Shown here piece after piece: positions 23,069 to 31,965 of a DNA stretch of 64,000 nt; position 1 is the first letter of the stretch, and every line of letters begins with the position of its first letter. Location of the stretch: positions 64,002 through 128,001 of the forward strand of contig WFXF01000041.1 in assembly GCA_015490755.1 (NCBI GenBank), in the 5' to 3' direction. The notes under the pieces are model-generated. The model had not been told where the DNA came from. It saw only the letters and a program-made list of their open reading frames with translations, and searched no databases. This stretch comes from Gammaproteobacteria bacterium. Its GTDB lineage: Bacteria > Pseudomonadota > Gammaproteobacteria > JAADGQ01. The translations under genes were made by a program, and so were the position numbers.

Positions 23069-23863
23069 TTAAATGGCAATAGGTGCTTTGATACTTGGGT
23101 GGCTTTGATAATTTGTCAGTGTAAAGTCATCATAACAAAAATCAAACAGTGATTTGACCTCTGGGTTAATTTCCATACTTGGTAATGGATAAGGTGTGCG
23201 TGCCAGTTGAGTATCTACCTGTTCAAGATGGTTGGAATATAAGTGGGCATCCCCCAGTGTATGAATAAATTCTCCCGCTTTTAGATCGGTGACTTGTGCA
23301 ATCATCATGGTGAGCAAGGCATACGATGCAATATTGAAAGGTACGCCGAGAAAAATGTCGGCACTTCGCTGATAGAGCTGGCAGGACAATTTTCCATCTG
23401 CTACATAAAACTGGAATAGAGCATGACATGGAGGCAGCGCCATCTTGTCAACTAAGGCAGGATTCCAGGCAGTTACGATCATACGCCGTGAATCAGGGTT
23501 GCTGCGGATCTGTTTGATTACGTCACTTATTTGATCAATGGCTTTGCCTTCAGGGGTTGGCCATGAGCGCCACTGAGAACCATATACAGGACCCAGGTCA
23601 CCATTTTCGTCCGCCCATTCGTCCCAGATTGAAACGCCGTTCTCTTTAAGGTAACGAATATTGGTATCACCTTTAAGAAACCACAATAGCTCGTGAATAA
23701 TAGATTTAAAATGAAGCTTTTTGGTGGTTACCGCCGGGAAACCTTCCTGCAAATCAAAGCGCATTTGATAGCCAAATGTACTGAGTGTGCCTGTCCCTGT
23801 TCGATCCTCTTTTTTTATGCCGTTATTTTTTACATGACGCATCAAATCGAGATATTGCTGCAT
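23069..23863 (-). CDS. thyA: Thymidylate synthase
   Basis: DRTGTGT, ALPPCH and [14 protein letters not shown] motifs. Confidence 0.98.
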   Translation of the reverse strand: MQQYLDLMRHVKNNGIKKEDRTGTGTLSTFGYQMRFDLQEGFPAVTTKKLHFKSIIHELLWFLKGDTNIRYLKENGVSIWDEWADENGDLGPVYGSQWRSWPTPEGKAIDQISDVIKQIRSNPDSRRMIVTAWNPALVDKMALPPCHALFQFYVADGKLSCQLYQRSADIFLGVPFNIASYALLTMMIAQVTDLKAGEFIHTLGDAHLYSNHLEQVDTQLARTPYPLPSMEINPEVKSLFDFCYDDFTLTNYQSHPSIKAPIAI

Positions 23864-23981
23864 AAATTTTTAAGCCCTGTTTATGTTTTTTATATTAAAT
23901 ACGCAAGATTATAGCAGTTAAAAAAGGTATCATGTGTGGAGTTGTAAATAACAAATATGATTGATATAAATCAAGCGCAGT

Positions 23982-26900
23982 ATGAAAAAACTAAAACGTA
24001 ACGATATAAGAGAAGAGTGTGGTAATCGTCACTATCAACGTGGTTTAGACTATTTTAATGCCGGTTTGGTCTCCAGCTTAGAGTATGAAGAAGTTGCCAG
24101 TGGGTTTGTTGTGCACTCAATGGTTAAAGGCAGTGCGCGAAAAAGTTATAAGCAAAGAATCGAAATTAATCTATCTGATCTGTTCGATGTCAGCATTGAT
24201 GGTGACTGTAGCTGCCCAGTGGGTTTTAACTGCAAACACGTTGTTGCGGCCTGTTTGCAGTTTCAAAAGGCACTGGAGTCGGGTGTGAAAACAGAAAGAA
24301 AGCCCGACCTGCGTGCGGCACTGGGTTGGTTAGATAATATGGCCGTCAGCTGTAAAGAGAAGCAGCCTCAAGATCCAGAGAGTGGTTTTATTGCTTATAT
24401 ACTCGATTCCAGTAACAAGAAGGGAGTATTAGAGATTAAGTTGCTTGCCACCAAACCACTGAAAAAAGGTGGTTTGAGCAAGGGACGCGCTATCCAGCTT
24501 TATGCAATTAATTACAGTTATTATAGCAGTGGTTATGTTCTACAGGATATTGATAAAGAAATTTCCAAACTACTGGATGCCATACAAAGTGCATCAATGT
24601 ATGGCAATATTGAAATCTATGGCGAGCTCGGTTTTGTTGCGCTGAGTAAAATATTGCAGACAGGTCGCTGCTTTTGGCGCTCAACCCAAGGCACACCTTT
24701 ACAATTGAGTGATGCGCGCTCACTTAAGTTGCAATGGCAGAAGAAAGATAACAACGCTATTTTACAAACACTGGTTGAACCGGCAGGGCAGTTGTTATTG
24801 ACAGAACCCCCACTCTATCTTGATGCAGATGATGGTGTGATCGGCGCTTTGCTGGATGTACCCTATTCACTGGATCAGCTGGAAAAACTGCAGCAAGTGC
24901 CCGCAGTGCCGCTTGAATTGGCCGATGAATTTAGCCGCAAGTTGATTACTGCTCTGCCAGGTCTACCGCTGCCGCCACCGGGGAAGGTGGAGCTCCTTAC
25001 GATCGAAAACGAACCGCCACAACCTGTATTGATGTTAATGGGGGAATCCGCGCCATCGGGTCATCATGTTCATATGATGCGGTTGCGTTTTGCCTACAGT
25101 GGTTATGAGCTGTCACTGTATCCACAAACTGAATGGCGCAATCTGGAAATTGATAATAAACTTCTGCGGGTGCATCGTGACCTTTCGGTTGAAGAGGAGG
25201 CGATCGGTTTATTGCTATCATTGGGTTTTGATCCGATGAATAATGGTGAAGGTGATGTCGCTTTTGCCAGTTTCAGTAAAAATATATCAGAATCAGCCGG
25301 GCGTTGGCAGCAATTCATTGAGGAGGTTGTGCCAGAGCTTGAACAGCAAGGTTGGCAAATAAAGAGCAGTGAGAGCTTTCATCTCAAGTTTCACCAGTCA
25401 CAAGATTGGGATGTAGAAATTGAGGGTGAAAATGACTGGTTTGATCTGCGTTTTGATATCGAAGTCAATGGTAAAAAAGTACCGCTGTTGCCTCTGGTGG
25501 TTCAACTGTTATCCGAGTACGACCAGGAGGAGTTGCCTGAAGTTCTGACTTTGCCGTTAGGGGAGCATGAATATCTGACACTGCCCAGCGAGCAGATAAA
25601 GCCGGTGATTGATACACTTTATGAGCTTTATAACGGCGATAGTTTAAGTGATGACGGCTCTCTGAAGATGTCTCGATTCGATGCCGCCCGTTTAGCAGAG
25701 CTGGACGAAAACAGTGAAGCACTGTTGCGATGGCAAGGTGGTGAAGCGCTGCGTGAATTGGGTCGCAAACTCAAAGACTTCCAGGGAATTGCAACAGCCA
25801 GAGTTCCAACTGGACTGAAAGCAACCCTTCGTGACTATCAGCAAAACGGATTGAATTGGCTACAGTTTTTACGTGAATACCGCTTTGGTGGCGTACTTGC
25901 GGATGACATGGGATTAGGGAAAACCGTACAAACACTGACGCATCTGCTGCTTGAAAAGAGTGAAGGGCGTATGGATAAACCCTGTCTGATTATCGCCCCC
26001 ACCAGTCTGATGAGTAACTGGCGGCGTGAGGCTGAGCAGTTTACCCCTGATTTAAAAGTGTTGGTATTACAAGGGCCAGAGCGCCGCAACTACTTTGATC
26101 AGATTGAAAATTATGACTTGGTACTCAGCACCTATCCGCTGTTGGTGCGTGATGAGTCACACCTGCTGGCTCACGAGTACTATTACGTAGTACTGGATGA
26201 GGCGCAGATTATTAAAAATCCCCGCGCCAAAGCAGCAAGAATTATACGCCAGTTCAAGACGGAAAACCGTCTCTGCCTCACGGGCACACCGATGGAAAAT
26301 CATCTTGGTGAACTGTGGGCGCTATTTGATTTTGCCATGCCCGGTTTGCTTGGTAGTGATAAACAGTTCAAGCAGCTGTTTCGTACACCCATTGAAAAAC
26401 ATGGAAATGACGAACAACAACTGCGCCTGACAAAACGTATCGCACCCTTTATGTTGCGTCGCACCAAGGCTGAAGTTGTCACAGAGTTGCCAGAAAAAAC
26501 TGAAATTATTCGTACAGTGAGCTTAGGTAAAAAGCAGGCAACGCTTTACGAAAGTATTCGATTGACTATGGAGAAAAAGGTACGTGACAGTATCGCCAGT
26601 AAAGGTCTGGCTCGTAGTCATATTATGATTCTCGATGCACTACTTAAACTACGCCAAACCTGCTGTGATCCCGCGATACTGTCACTCAAGCAGGCGCAAG
26701 CAGTGAAAGAGTCGGCTAAAATGGAGTTGTTGATGGATATGGTGCCTGAAATGCTCGAAGAAGGAAGGCGTATTTTGCTGTTTTCACAATTCACTAAAAT
26801 GCTGGCCATTATTGAAGATGCTCTGAAAGAGCGTGGTATTGCTTACAGCAAACTCACGGGCCAGACCCGCAAGCGAGATGAAGCGATTGAGAAATTCAAA

Positions 26901-27224
26901 AGTGGCCAAGCCAATATTTTTCTTATTAGTCTGAAAGCGGGGGGGGTTGGTCTGAATCTTGCCGAAGCGGATACTGTGATTCACTACGACCCGTGGTGGA
27001 ATCCTGCCGCAGAAAATCAGGCCACCGACCGTGCGCATCGTATCGGCCAAAAGAGAGCCGTTTTTGTTTACAAACTGATTACAGAAAATACTTTGGAAGA
27101 GAAAATAGTTGCGATGCAAGCAAAAAAACAAACCTTGGCGCAAGGTGTGTATGGTAGTGGTAAAAAAGAAGAAGATGCAAAATTTTCAGCCGATGATCTT
27201 AAAGCTCTATTTGAACCGTTATAG
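23982..27224 (+). CDS. SWIM zinc-finger / SNF2-family helicase
   Basis: SWIM CSCPVGFNCKH; LADDMGLGKT, DEAQ, LTGTP, SLKAGGVGLNL and QATDRAHRIGQ motifs. Confidence 0.95.
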   Translation: MKKLKRNDIREECGNRHYQRGLDYFNAGLVSSLEYEEVASGFVVHSMVKGSARKSYKQRIEINLSDLFDVSIDGDCSCPVGFNCKHVVAACLQFQKALESGVKTERKPDLRAALGWLDNMAVSCKEKQPQDPESGFIAYILDSSNKKGVLEIKLLATKPLKKGGLSKGRAIQLYAINYSYYSSGYVLQDIDKEISKLLDAIQSASMYGNIEIYGELGFVALSKILQTGRCFWRSTQGTPLQLSDARSLKLQWQKKDNNAILQTLVEPAGQLLLTEPPLYLDADDGVIGALLDVPYSLDQLEKLQQVPAVPLELADEFSRKLITALPGLPLPPPGKVELLTIENEPPQPVLMLMGESAPSGHHVHMMRLRFAYSGYELSLYPQTEWRNLEIDNKLLRVHRDLSVEEEAIGLLLSLGFDPMNNGEGDVAFASFSKNISESAGRWQQFIEEVVPELEQQGWQIKSSESFHLKFHQSQDWDVEIEGENDWFDLRFDIEVNGKKVPLLPLVVQLLSEYDQEELPEVLTLPLGEHEYLTLPSEQIKPVIDTLYELYNGDSLSDDGSLKMSRFDAARLAELDENSEALLRWQGGEALRELGRKLKDFQGIATARVPTGLKATLRDYQQNGLNWLQFLREYRFGGVLADDMGLGKTVQTLTHLLLEKSEGRMDKPCLIIAPTSLMSNWRREAEQFTPDLKVLVLQGPERRNYFDQIENYDLVLSTYPLLVRDESHLLAHEYYYVVLDEAQIIKNPRAKAARIIRQFKTENRLCLTGTPMENHLGELWALFDFAMPGLLGSDKQFKQLFRTPIEKHGNDEQQLRLTKRIAPFMLRRTKAEVVTELPEKTEIIRTVSLGKKQATLYESIRLTMEKKVRDSIASKGLARSHIMILDALLKLRQTCCDPAILSLKQAQAVKESAKMELLMDMVPEMLEEGRRILLFSQFTKMLAIIEDALKERGIAYSKLTGQTRKRDEAIEKFKSGQANIFLISLKAGGVGLNLAEADTVIHYDPWWNPAAENQATDRAHRIGQKRAVFVYKLITENTLEEKIVAMQAKKQTLAQGVYGSGKKEEDAKFSADDLKALFEPL

Positions 27225-27226
27225 CG

Positions 27227-28045
27227 ATGGCCAGGGTTATACTGTTTTTTTGTTTGTTACTTTTTTCATCCAGTATAATGGCAGGCAGTCTGGATGATTT
27301 TGAAGAAAATGTAATCACCAAGCCTAAAGCCAAAAGTGAAGTGGAACCCAAAAAAGATAGTAATAAAAAAGGTAACAATAATAGATCCATCTATTTTGGT
27401 TCTTCCAATGATTGTGATGTTCTCCTGGGTTGCTTTATGGATGAGTTTTTCTGGAGAATGATGGAGGTTACAGTTTTAGTGGCTATCGAAGGCGGAAAAA
27501 TGAGTGTTGAGCGTACCCAGGGTGCTGATGCTCTTTCCAGTATGGTTCCGCGCACGATAGGTGAGCCACTGCTTCCCTTTGTTCGTTTTGATACTCACTA
27601 CCAAAATGCCAATGGTGATATCAGTGGTATTGATCTAAAAATGGAGCTTGGATATAGCTTGCTGGGTATTCATCTTCGCCATACAAAATTTCGGGAACCA
27701 TCACCTTCGGATGAGCTTGATTTAAGCTACTTTCATGCTCTTTACAGAATGTCATTGGGCAATCATGTGGGTTTTAATGTGGGTTATGGTAGAGCGATAC
27801 TGAAAGGTAATTATAAAACGAGCGGTAGCTCTATTACTTTTCCGCTGTTATTTCATTGGTCGAAAAGATTGGGGATTGAAGGTAGCTATACAGCCAGTAA
27901 CATTAATGATAATTGGTTAACAGATACAGAAATTTCTCTGCTCGTGACGGAAACATTTGGCTCATTATCACTGGGTTATCGCTCGATCCGTGGTTCGTCG
28001 AATAAAATTCAGGGGCCTTTTATAGGAGGGGCTGTGCATTGGTAA
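27227..28045 (+). CDS. Exported hypothetical protein, possibly an outer-membrane beta-barrel
   Basis: Signal-peptide-like N-terminus; alternating-pattern beta strands in the C-terminal half; terminal aromatic residue (GGAVHW). Confidence 0.7.
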   Translation: MARVILFFCLLLFSSSIMAGSLDDFEENVITKPKAKSEVEPKKDSNKKGNNNRSIYFGSSNDCDVLLGCFMDEFFWRMMEVTVLVAIEGGKMSVERTQGADALSSMVPRTIGEPLLPFVRFDTHYQNANGDISGIDLKMELGYSLLGIHLRHTKFREPSPSDELDLSYFHALYRMSLGNHVGFNVGYGRAILKGNYKTSGSSITFPLLFHWSKRLGIEGSYTASNINDNWLTDTEISLLVTETFGSLSLGYRSIRGSSNKIQGPFIGGAVHW

Positions 28046-28084
28046 TATAAAGTGGTTGATGTACTAGGCCAACAACTCAGTAGT

Positions 28085-28233
28085 GTAGGTCGGGTTAGCG
28101 CAGCGTAACCCGACAAAGTAATTGATGAGAAACATGACACCAATCCAGTAAGCCATAACTCATTCACTGCCCGCATCCGCCGCTAACACTTTCTTTCCAT
28201 CATGTCGGGTTACGCTGCGCTAACCCGACCTAC
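28085..28233. repeat. GTAG-family REP doublet (REPIN-like), copy 1
   Basis: GTAGGTCGGGTTAGCGCAGCGTAACCCGACA at 28085-28115 and its exact reverse complement at 28203-28233. Confidence 0.9.
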
Positions 28234-28239
28234 GTTACT

Positions 28240-28349
28240 TATGCTTATTTAAAACGGCTCTTTACATTATTACCTCAAGCCACAAACCTTGAGGACGTTG
28301 ACCTGCTGCTTCCATGGTACGTCAAGGGTGGGGTTGGTTAGACGCTTAC
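28240..28349 (+). mobile_element. IS66-family remnant: tnpC 3' end plus right terminal repeat
   Basis: Reads YAYLKRLFTLLPQATNLEDVDLLLPWYVKGGVG* (TnpC C-terminal LLPW motif) and ends ACGCTTAC, the complement of the IS66-type GTAAGCGT end. Confidence 0.85.
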
Positions 28350-28359
28350 TTTTCAGGAG

Positions 28360-28818
28360 TTACTGAATCACTAAATCTGTAAAGTATAGTTCTTGAATTC
28401 CGGCTGGATGGCTTTTCTCTTCCAGGTCTTTAACGGTATCATCCGGGCTGATATGGGCATACTTTTCCAGGTTTTTTTGAACAATTTCCAAGGCTTCATG
28501 GCGAATACGTTCACGTTCTTTAGCATTTTGCATGGTCTCTATTTTTTGATCTGAGAGGAGCATAAGTAAATCGTGGCGTATTGGTGCAGAGTGGGTTTGC
28601 AGGGCTGTGATTGCTGCTGCATCGTAACTCATGACTTGAATGGCCGTTTGCATATAACGTAAGCCACGTTTGCCATGAATGTTGACCACAAAGTTGGGTT
28701 CAAGCAAGAAATAATTTATTTTTCCAGTAGTTATGGCGTTCTCTTTGCCTCCTCCGCCCGGGGCTGAAAAAACAGGTGAAATTATCATAGTTAATATAAG
28801 TGCTAAAACCTTTTTCAT
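28360..28818 (-). CDS. fliL: FliL family flagellar basal-body-associated protein
   Basis: N-terminal hydrophobic segment; YFLLEPNFVVN, RYMQ, IRHDLLMLLS and LYFTDLVIQ motifs. Confidence 0.88.
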   Translation of the reverse strand: MKKVLALILTMIISPVFSAPGGGGKENAITTGKINYFLLEPNFVVNIHGKRGLRYMQTAIQVMSYDAAAITALQTHSAPIRHDLLMLLSDQKIETMQNAKERERIRHEALEIVQKNLEKYAHISPDDTVKDLEEKSHPAGIQELYFTDLVIQ

Positions 28819-28864
28819 AACCTTCCCTGATGTAAATTATCTGTATCATGAATAATCCCAATAT

Positions 28865-28891
28865 TCATCGGCAGGAGAGAGCCAGAAGTTA
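28865..28891 (-). promoter_or_regulatory. Putative sigma-28 (FliA) promoter for the fliL-like gene
   Basis: Minus strand TAAC-N15-GCCGATGA versus consensus TAAA-N15-GCCGATAA. Confidence 0.7.
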
Positions 28892-28903
28892 GAAATATCG
28901 ATA

Positions 28904-29908
28904 TTAATTCCATATCAGGGGAGGCTCATTCATGAGTGCAGCTTGTTCACGCAGTGATTGAATATGTTCTTCCCAATAGTTGAGGGTATTAAACCAGGGA
29001 AAGGCAAGGGGGAATGCTGGGTCACTCCAGCGAGTGGCTAACCAAGCGGCATAATGAATCATACGTAAGGTGCGTAGCGCTTCAATCAAGTGTAGTTCTA
29101 AGGGGTTGAAATCATAAAACTGTGTATAACCCTCCAGTACATCGGCAAGCCTTGCAGTCATGTAGTTTCTATCTCCTGACAGGAACATCCATAAGTCCTG
29201 AATAGCGGGGCCCATGCGAGCGTCATCAAAATCAACAACATGCGGCCCGGCATCTGTCCAGAGAATATTTCCGGGGTGGCAATCACCGTGTAGACGCAAG
29301 TGCTGGACATTACCGGCACGTTCAAAGCACTGCTCTATCTGAGTAATTAGGTCTGTGGTCAGCGACTGATAAGCTTTCAGAAGATGACCGGGTATAAAAT
29401 CATGGTCAAGTAAGAAGCGGCGGGGTTGTATGGCAAAGCTTTCAATATCAAGTGTCGGCCGGTGTTCGAAAGGCTGCGTTCTGCCCATAGCATGAATGCG
29501 ACCTATAAAACGCCCCATTTGTTCAAGATGGTCTGGATTATCGAGTTCAGGAGCGCGTCCGCCCCGGCGGGGGTAGAGTGCAAATCGGTAGAACCTATAT
29601 TGGTGCAGGGTGTTTCCATTAGAATCAACAATCGGTGGGATGACAGGAATTTCCTGCTCGGCCAGTGCCAGTGTGAACCGATGTTCTTCGAGAATTGATT
29701 CTTCACTCCAGCGGTTAGGGCGATAGAATTTTGCGACTAAAGGTGTGCCTTGATCAAGACCCACTTGATAAACTCGGTTTTCATAGCTGTTTAAAGCTAA
29801 AAATCGACCGTCACAACGCAAACCAGTGGATTCAATGGCATCTAACATGGTGTCAGGAGTAAGGTTCGAAAAAGCTTGTAATGCTGATGATGTATCTGTT
29901 TTTTTCAT
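28904..29908 (-). CDS. srkA: Ser/Thr protein kinase SrkA/RdoA (YihE)
   Basis: ALNSYENRVY, AKFYRP, RLHGDCHPGN and DFDD motifs; ATG 29908 overlaps the phoR stop. Confidence 0.95.
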   Translation of the reverse strand: MKKTDTSSALQAFSNLTPDTMLDAIESTGLRCDGRFLALNSYENRVYQVGLDQGTPLVAKFYRPNRWSEESILEEHRFTLALAEQEIPVIPPIVDSNGNTLHQYRFYRFALYPRRGGRAPELDNPDHLEQMGRFIGRIHAMGRTQPFEHRPTLDIESFAIQPRRFLLDHDFIPGHLLKAYQSLTTDLITQIEQCFERAGNVQHLRLHGDCHPGNILWTDAGPHVVDFDDARMGPAIQDLWMFLSGDRNYMTARLADVLEGYTQFYDFNPLELHLIEALRTLRMIHYAAWLATRWSDPAFPLAFPWFNTLNYWEEHIQSLREQAALMNEPPLIWN

Positions 29909-31206
29909 TGAGAAGGTCGTTGCCATCCTGGTTGGAAAATGCAGGTAAAAGTGCTGCCTCGACCGGGGGTGCTATCAATATGCAGATCAGCTCCGTGGCG
30001 GCGTAAAATTTGCTCTACTATAGAAAGCCCAAGCCCTGTTCCGCCGGTTGCTTTGGATCGACCTGGATCAACGCGATAGAAGCGTTCAGTCAAACGGTGA
30101 AGATGACCCCACGCAATTCCAATACCGTGATCTTTTACTTCAAAGCAGGCGGTGTTGTTATCCTTGTTTAGATACCACCGGATACATATTTTTTTCCCTT
30201 CAGGTGTGTAGCGTATTGCATTATTGGCCAGATTAATGAAAGCGCTGTACAGTTCATCTTTTATACCGAAGAGGTGTGTATCTGTTTCAATATGACAGTG
30301 GATCACATGCTTGCCATTGCTGATATTTTGAGCTTCATCTGTCACCTGTTGAACAAGATCGGGAATGTTAACGATAGTGTTTTTTTCTTCATTTGAAGTG
30401 GTGTCCAGCCGGGATAGCATCAAGAGGTCATCCACCAGGGTCTGTATGCGTGTGGTGGGCGATTGCAGTTTAGTAATTTGTTCACGTAATTTTTGTGGGT
30501 CAGTATCGGCTGGGGCGTTTAACAGCATTTCAAGATAGCCGAGGATGATCGTTAATGGCGTACGTAATTCATGTGATATGTTTGCAATAAGGTCGTGACG
30601 CATGGTCATCAGACGATGAATATGTGTGATATCTCTAACAACTAATAGTCGTTGATTCTCTCCGTAGGGACGAATGCGCACATCCAGTGATACGTTTTCA
30701 TCCAGGGGTGAGTTGATCTCCAGGTGCTTGCTGTAATCACCCTGGCTAAGAAAATTATGAAAGGCAGGGTTTCGTAGCAGGTTGTTGATATTTTGGCCAA
30801 TATCAGACTTTGTGACCCCAAGAGTTCGTGTTGCGGCATTGTTGATCCATTCAATCTCTTCATTTGAGGTGAGCACAACGGCAGCATCCGGTAGTGCTTG
30901 AGTCGATTTTTGAAAGCGACGAATGACTTCAGACATGCGTTTTCTGCGCTTTCTACTGCGTTGACGATTATGATAAATACGGTAAGCGAGGTCGTGCCAT
31001 ATTCCTTCCAGTTCGTATGGAGGAGGGACGATATCATTATTTAGCCAGCGTTCCAGGTGGCGCACTTGCAAGGCTTGCCATATGAGGTAAAAGAAAAGTC
31101 CAATAGCGAGAGACCATGCGATGGAGTCCAGCACCAGGCCAAAAAGAAAACAGATAAAAATAACGCCTAGAAGTCGCCATAGTTCGGTTTTCCAAAGTTG
31201 CGACAT
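29905..31206 (-). CDS. phoR: Phosphate regulon sensor kinase PhoR
   Basis: N-terminal TMs, PAS region, SHELRTPL, ERFYRVD and GGTGLGL motifs; follows phoB. Confidence 0.93.
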   Translation of the reverse strand: MSQLWKTELWRLLGVIFICFLFGLVLDSIAWSLAIGLFFYLIWQALQVRHLERWLNNDIVPPPYELEGIWHDLAYRIYHNRQRSRKRRKRMSEVIRRFQKSTQALPDAAVVLTSNEEIEWINNAATRTLGVTKSDIGQNINNLLRNPAFHNFLSQGDYSKHLEINSPLDENVSLDVRIRPYGENQRLLVVRDITHIHRLMTMRHDLIANISHELRTPLTIILGYLEMLLNAPADTDPQKLREQITKLQSPTTRIQTLVDDLLMLSRLDTTSNEEKNTIVNIPDLVQQVTDEAQNISNGKHVIHCHIETDTHLFGIKDELYSAFINLANNAIRYTPEGKKICIRWYLNKDNNTACFEVKDHGIGIAWGHLHRLTERFYRVDPGRSKATGGTGLGLSIVEQILRRHGADLHIDSTPGRGSTFTCIFQPGWQRPSQ

Positions 31207-31212
31207 ACCGGT

Positions 31213-31902
31213 CTAAAAGTCCCTGGAAAGCCGATAGCCGGCACTGCGAACGGTTTGAACCATTTTTTCCAGCCCGTAAGGAGTTAGCAGTTTGCGCAGG
31301 CGCAGTATGTGTACATCCACCGTTCGTTCCTCAACGTAAATACCTCGTCCCCATACTCGGTCGAGTAGTTGTTCCCGACTATAAACTTTTTCCGGGTGAT
31401 TGAGAAGAAACTCGAGCAAACGATATTCAGTTGGGCCAATTTTGATCTCTTTTTCATCAATGAGTAGACGGTGTGAAGATGTATCCAGGCAGAGTTTTCC
31501 TACTTGTATTCGTGTGTTAAGGCCTTTTCCACTGCGGCGTAGCAGAGCATTAATACGGGCGATGAGTTCGCGAGGAGAAAATGGTTTTGTTATGTAGTCA
31601 TCCACTCCTGCATCAAGGCCACGAACGATATCGTCCTCTTCACCACGAGCAGTCAATAGAATGAGTGGGGTCTCTTGTGTGGCCTCTTCTTTGCGCAGAC
31701 GTTTGGCCAACTCTACTCCACTGATTCCAGGAAGCATCCAGTCGATTATGAAAACATCAGGCAGTTGCAACTCAACTCTTTTTAACCCTTTTTCAGCAGA
31801 TGAAACCGCAGTAACGGTGAATTTAGCTTGCTTCAAAGCTTCGGTAATCATTTCACGAATGTCATCATCATCTTCAATAAGTAATAGTGTCGGATTGCTC
31901 AT
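31213..31902 (-). CDS. phoB: Phosphate regulon response regulator PhoB
   Basis: DWMLPG, GPTEYRLL, VEERTVDVHILRLRK and QTVRSAGY motifs. Confidence 0.95.
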   Translation of the reverse strand: MSNPTLLLIEDDDDIREMITEALKQAKFTVTAVSSAEKGLKRVELQLPDVFIIDWMLPGISGVELAKRLRKEEATQETPLILLTARGEEDDIVRGLDAGVDDYITKPFSPRELIARINALLRRSGKGLNTRIQVGKLCLDTSSHRLLIDEKEIKIGPTEYRLLEFLLNHPEKVYSREQLLDRVWGRGIYVEERTVDVHILRLRKLLTPYGLEKMVQTVRSAGYRLSRDF

Positions 31903-31931
31903 AAGTCAGTGTTCTCGATAAAAAATCGTTT

Positions 31932-31965
31932 ATTACAGTCGTTTTTTATGACAATTTAATGACAG
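31932..31965 (-). promoter_or_regulatory. Pho box plus -10 element of the phoBR promoter
   Basis: Minus strand CTGTCAT-TAAA-TTGTCAT, 10-nt spacer, then TGTAAT. Confidence 0.8.
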
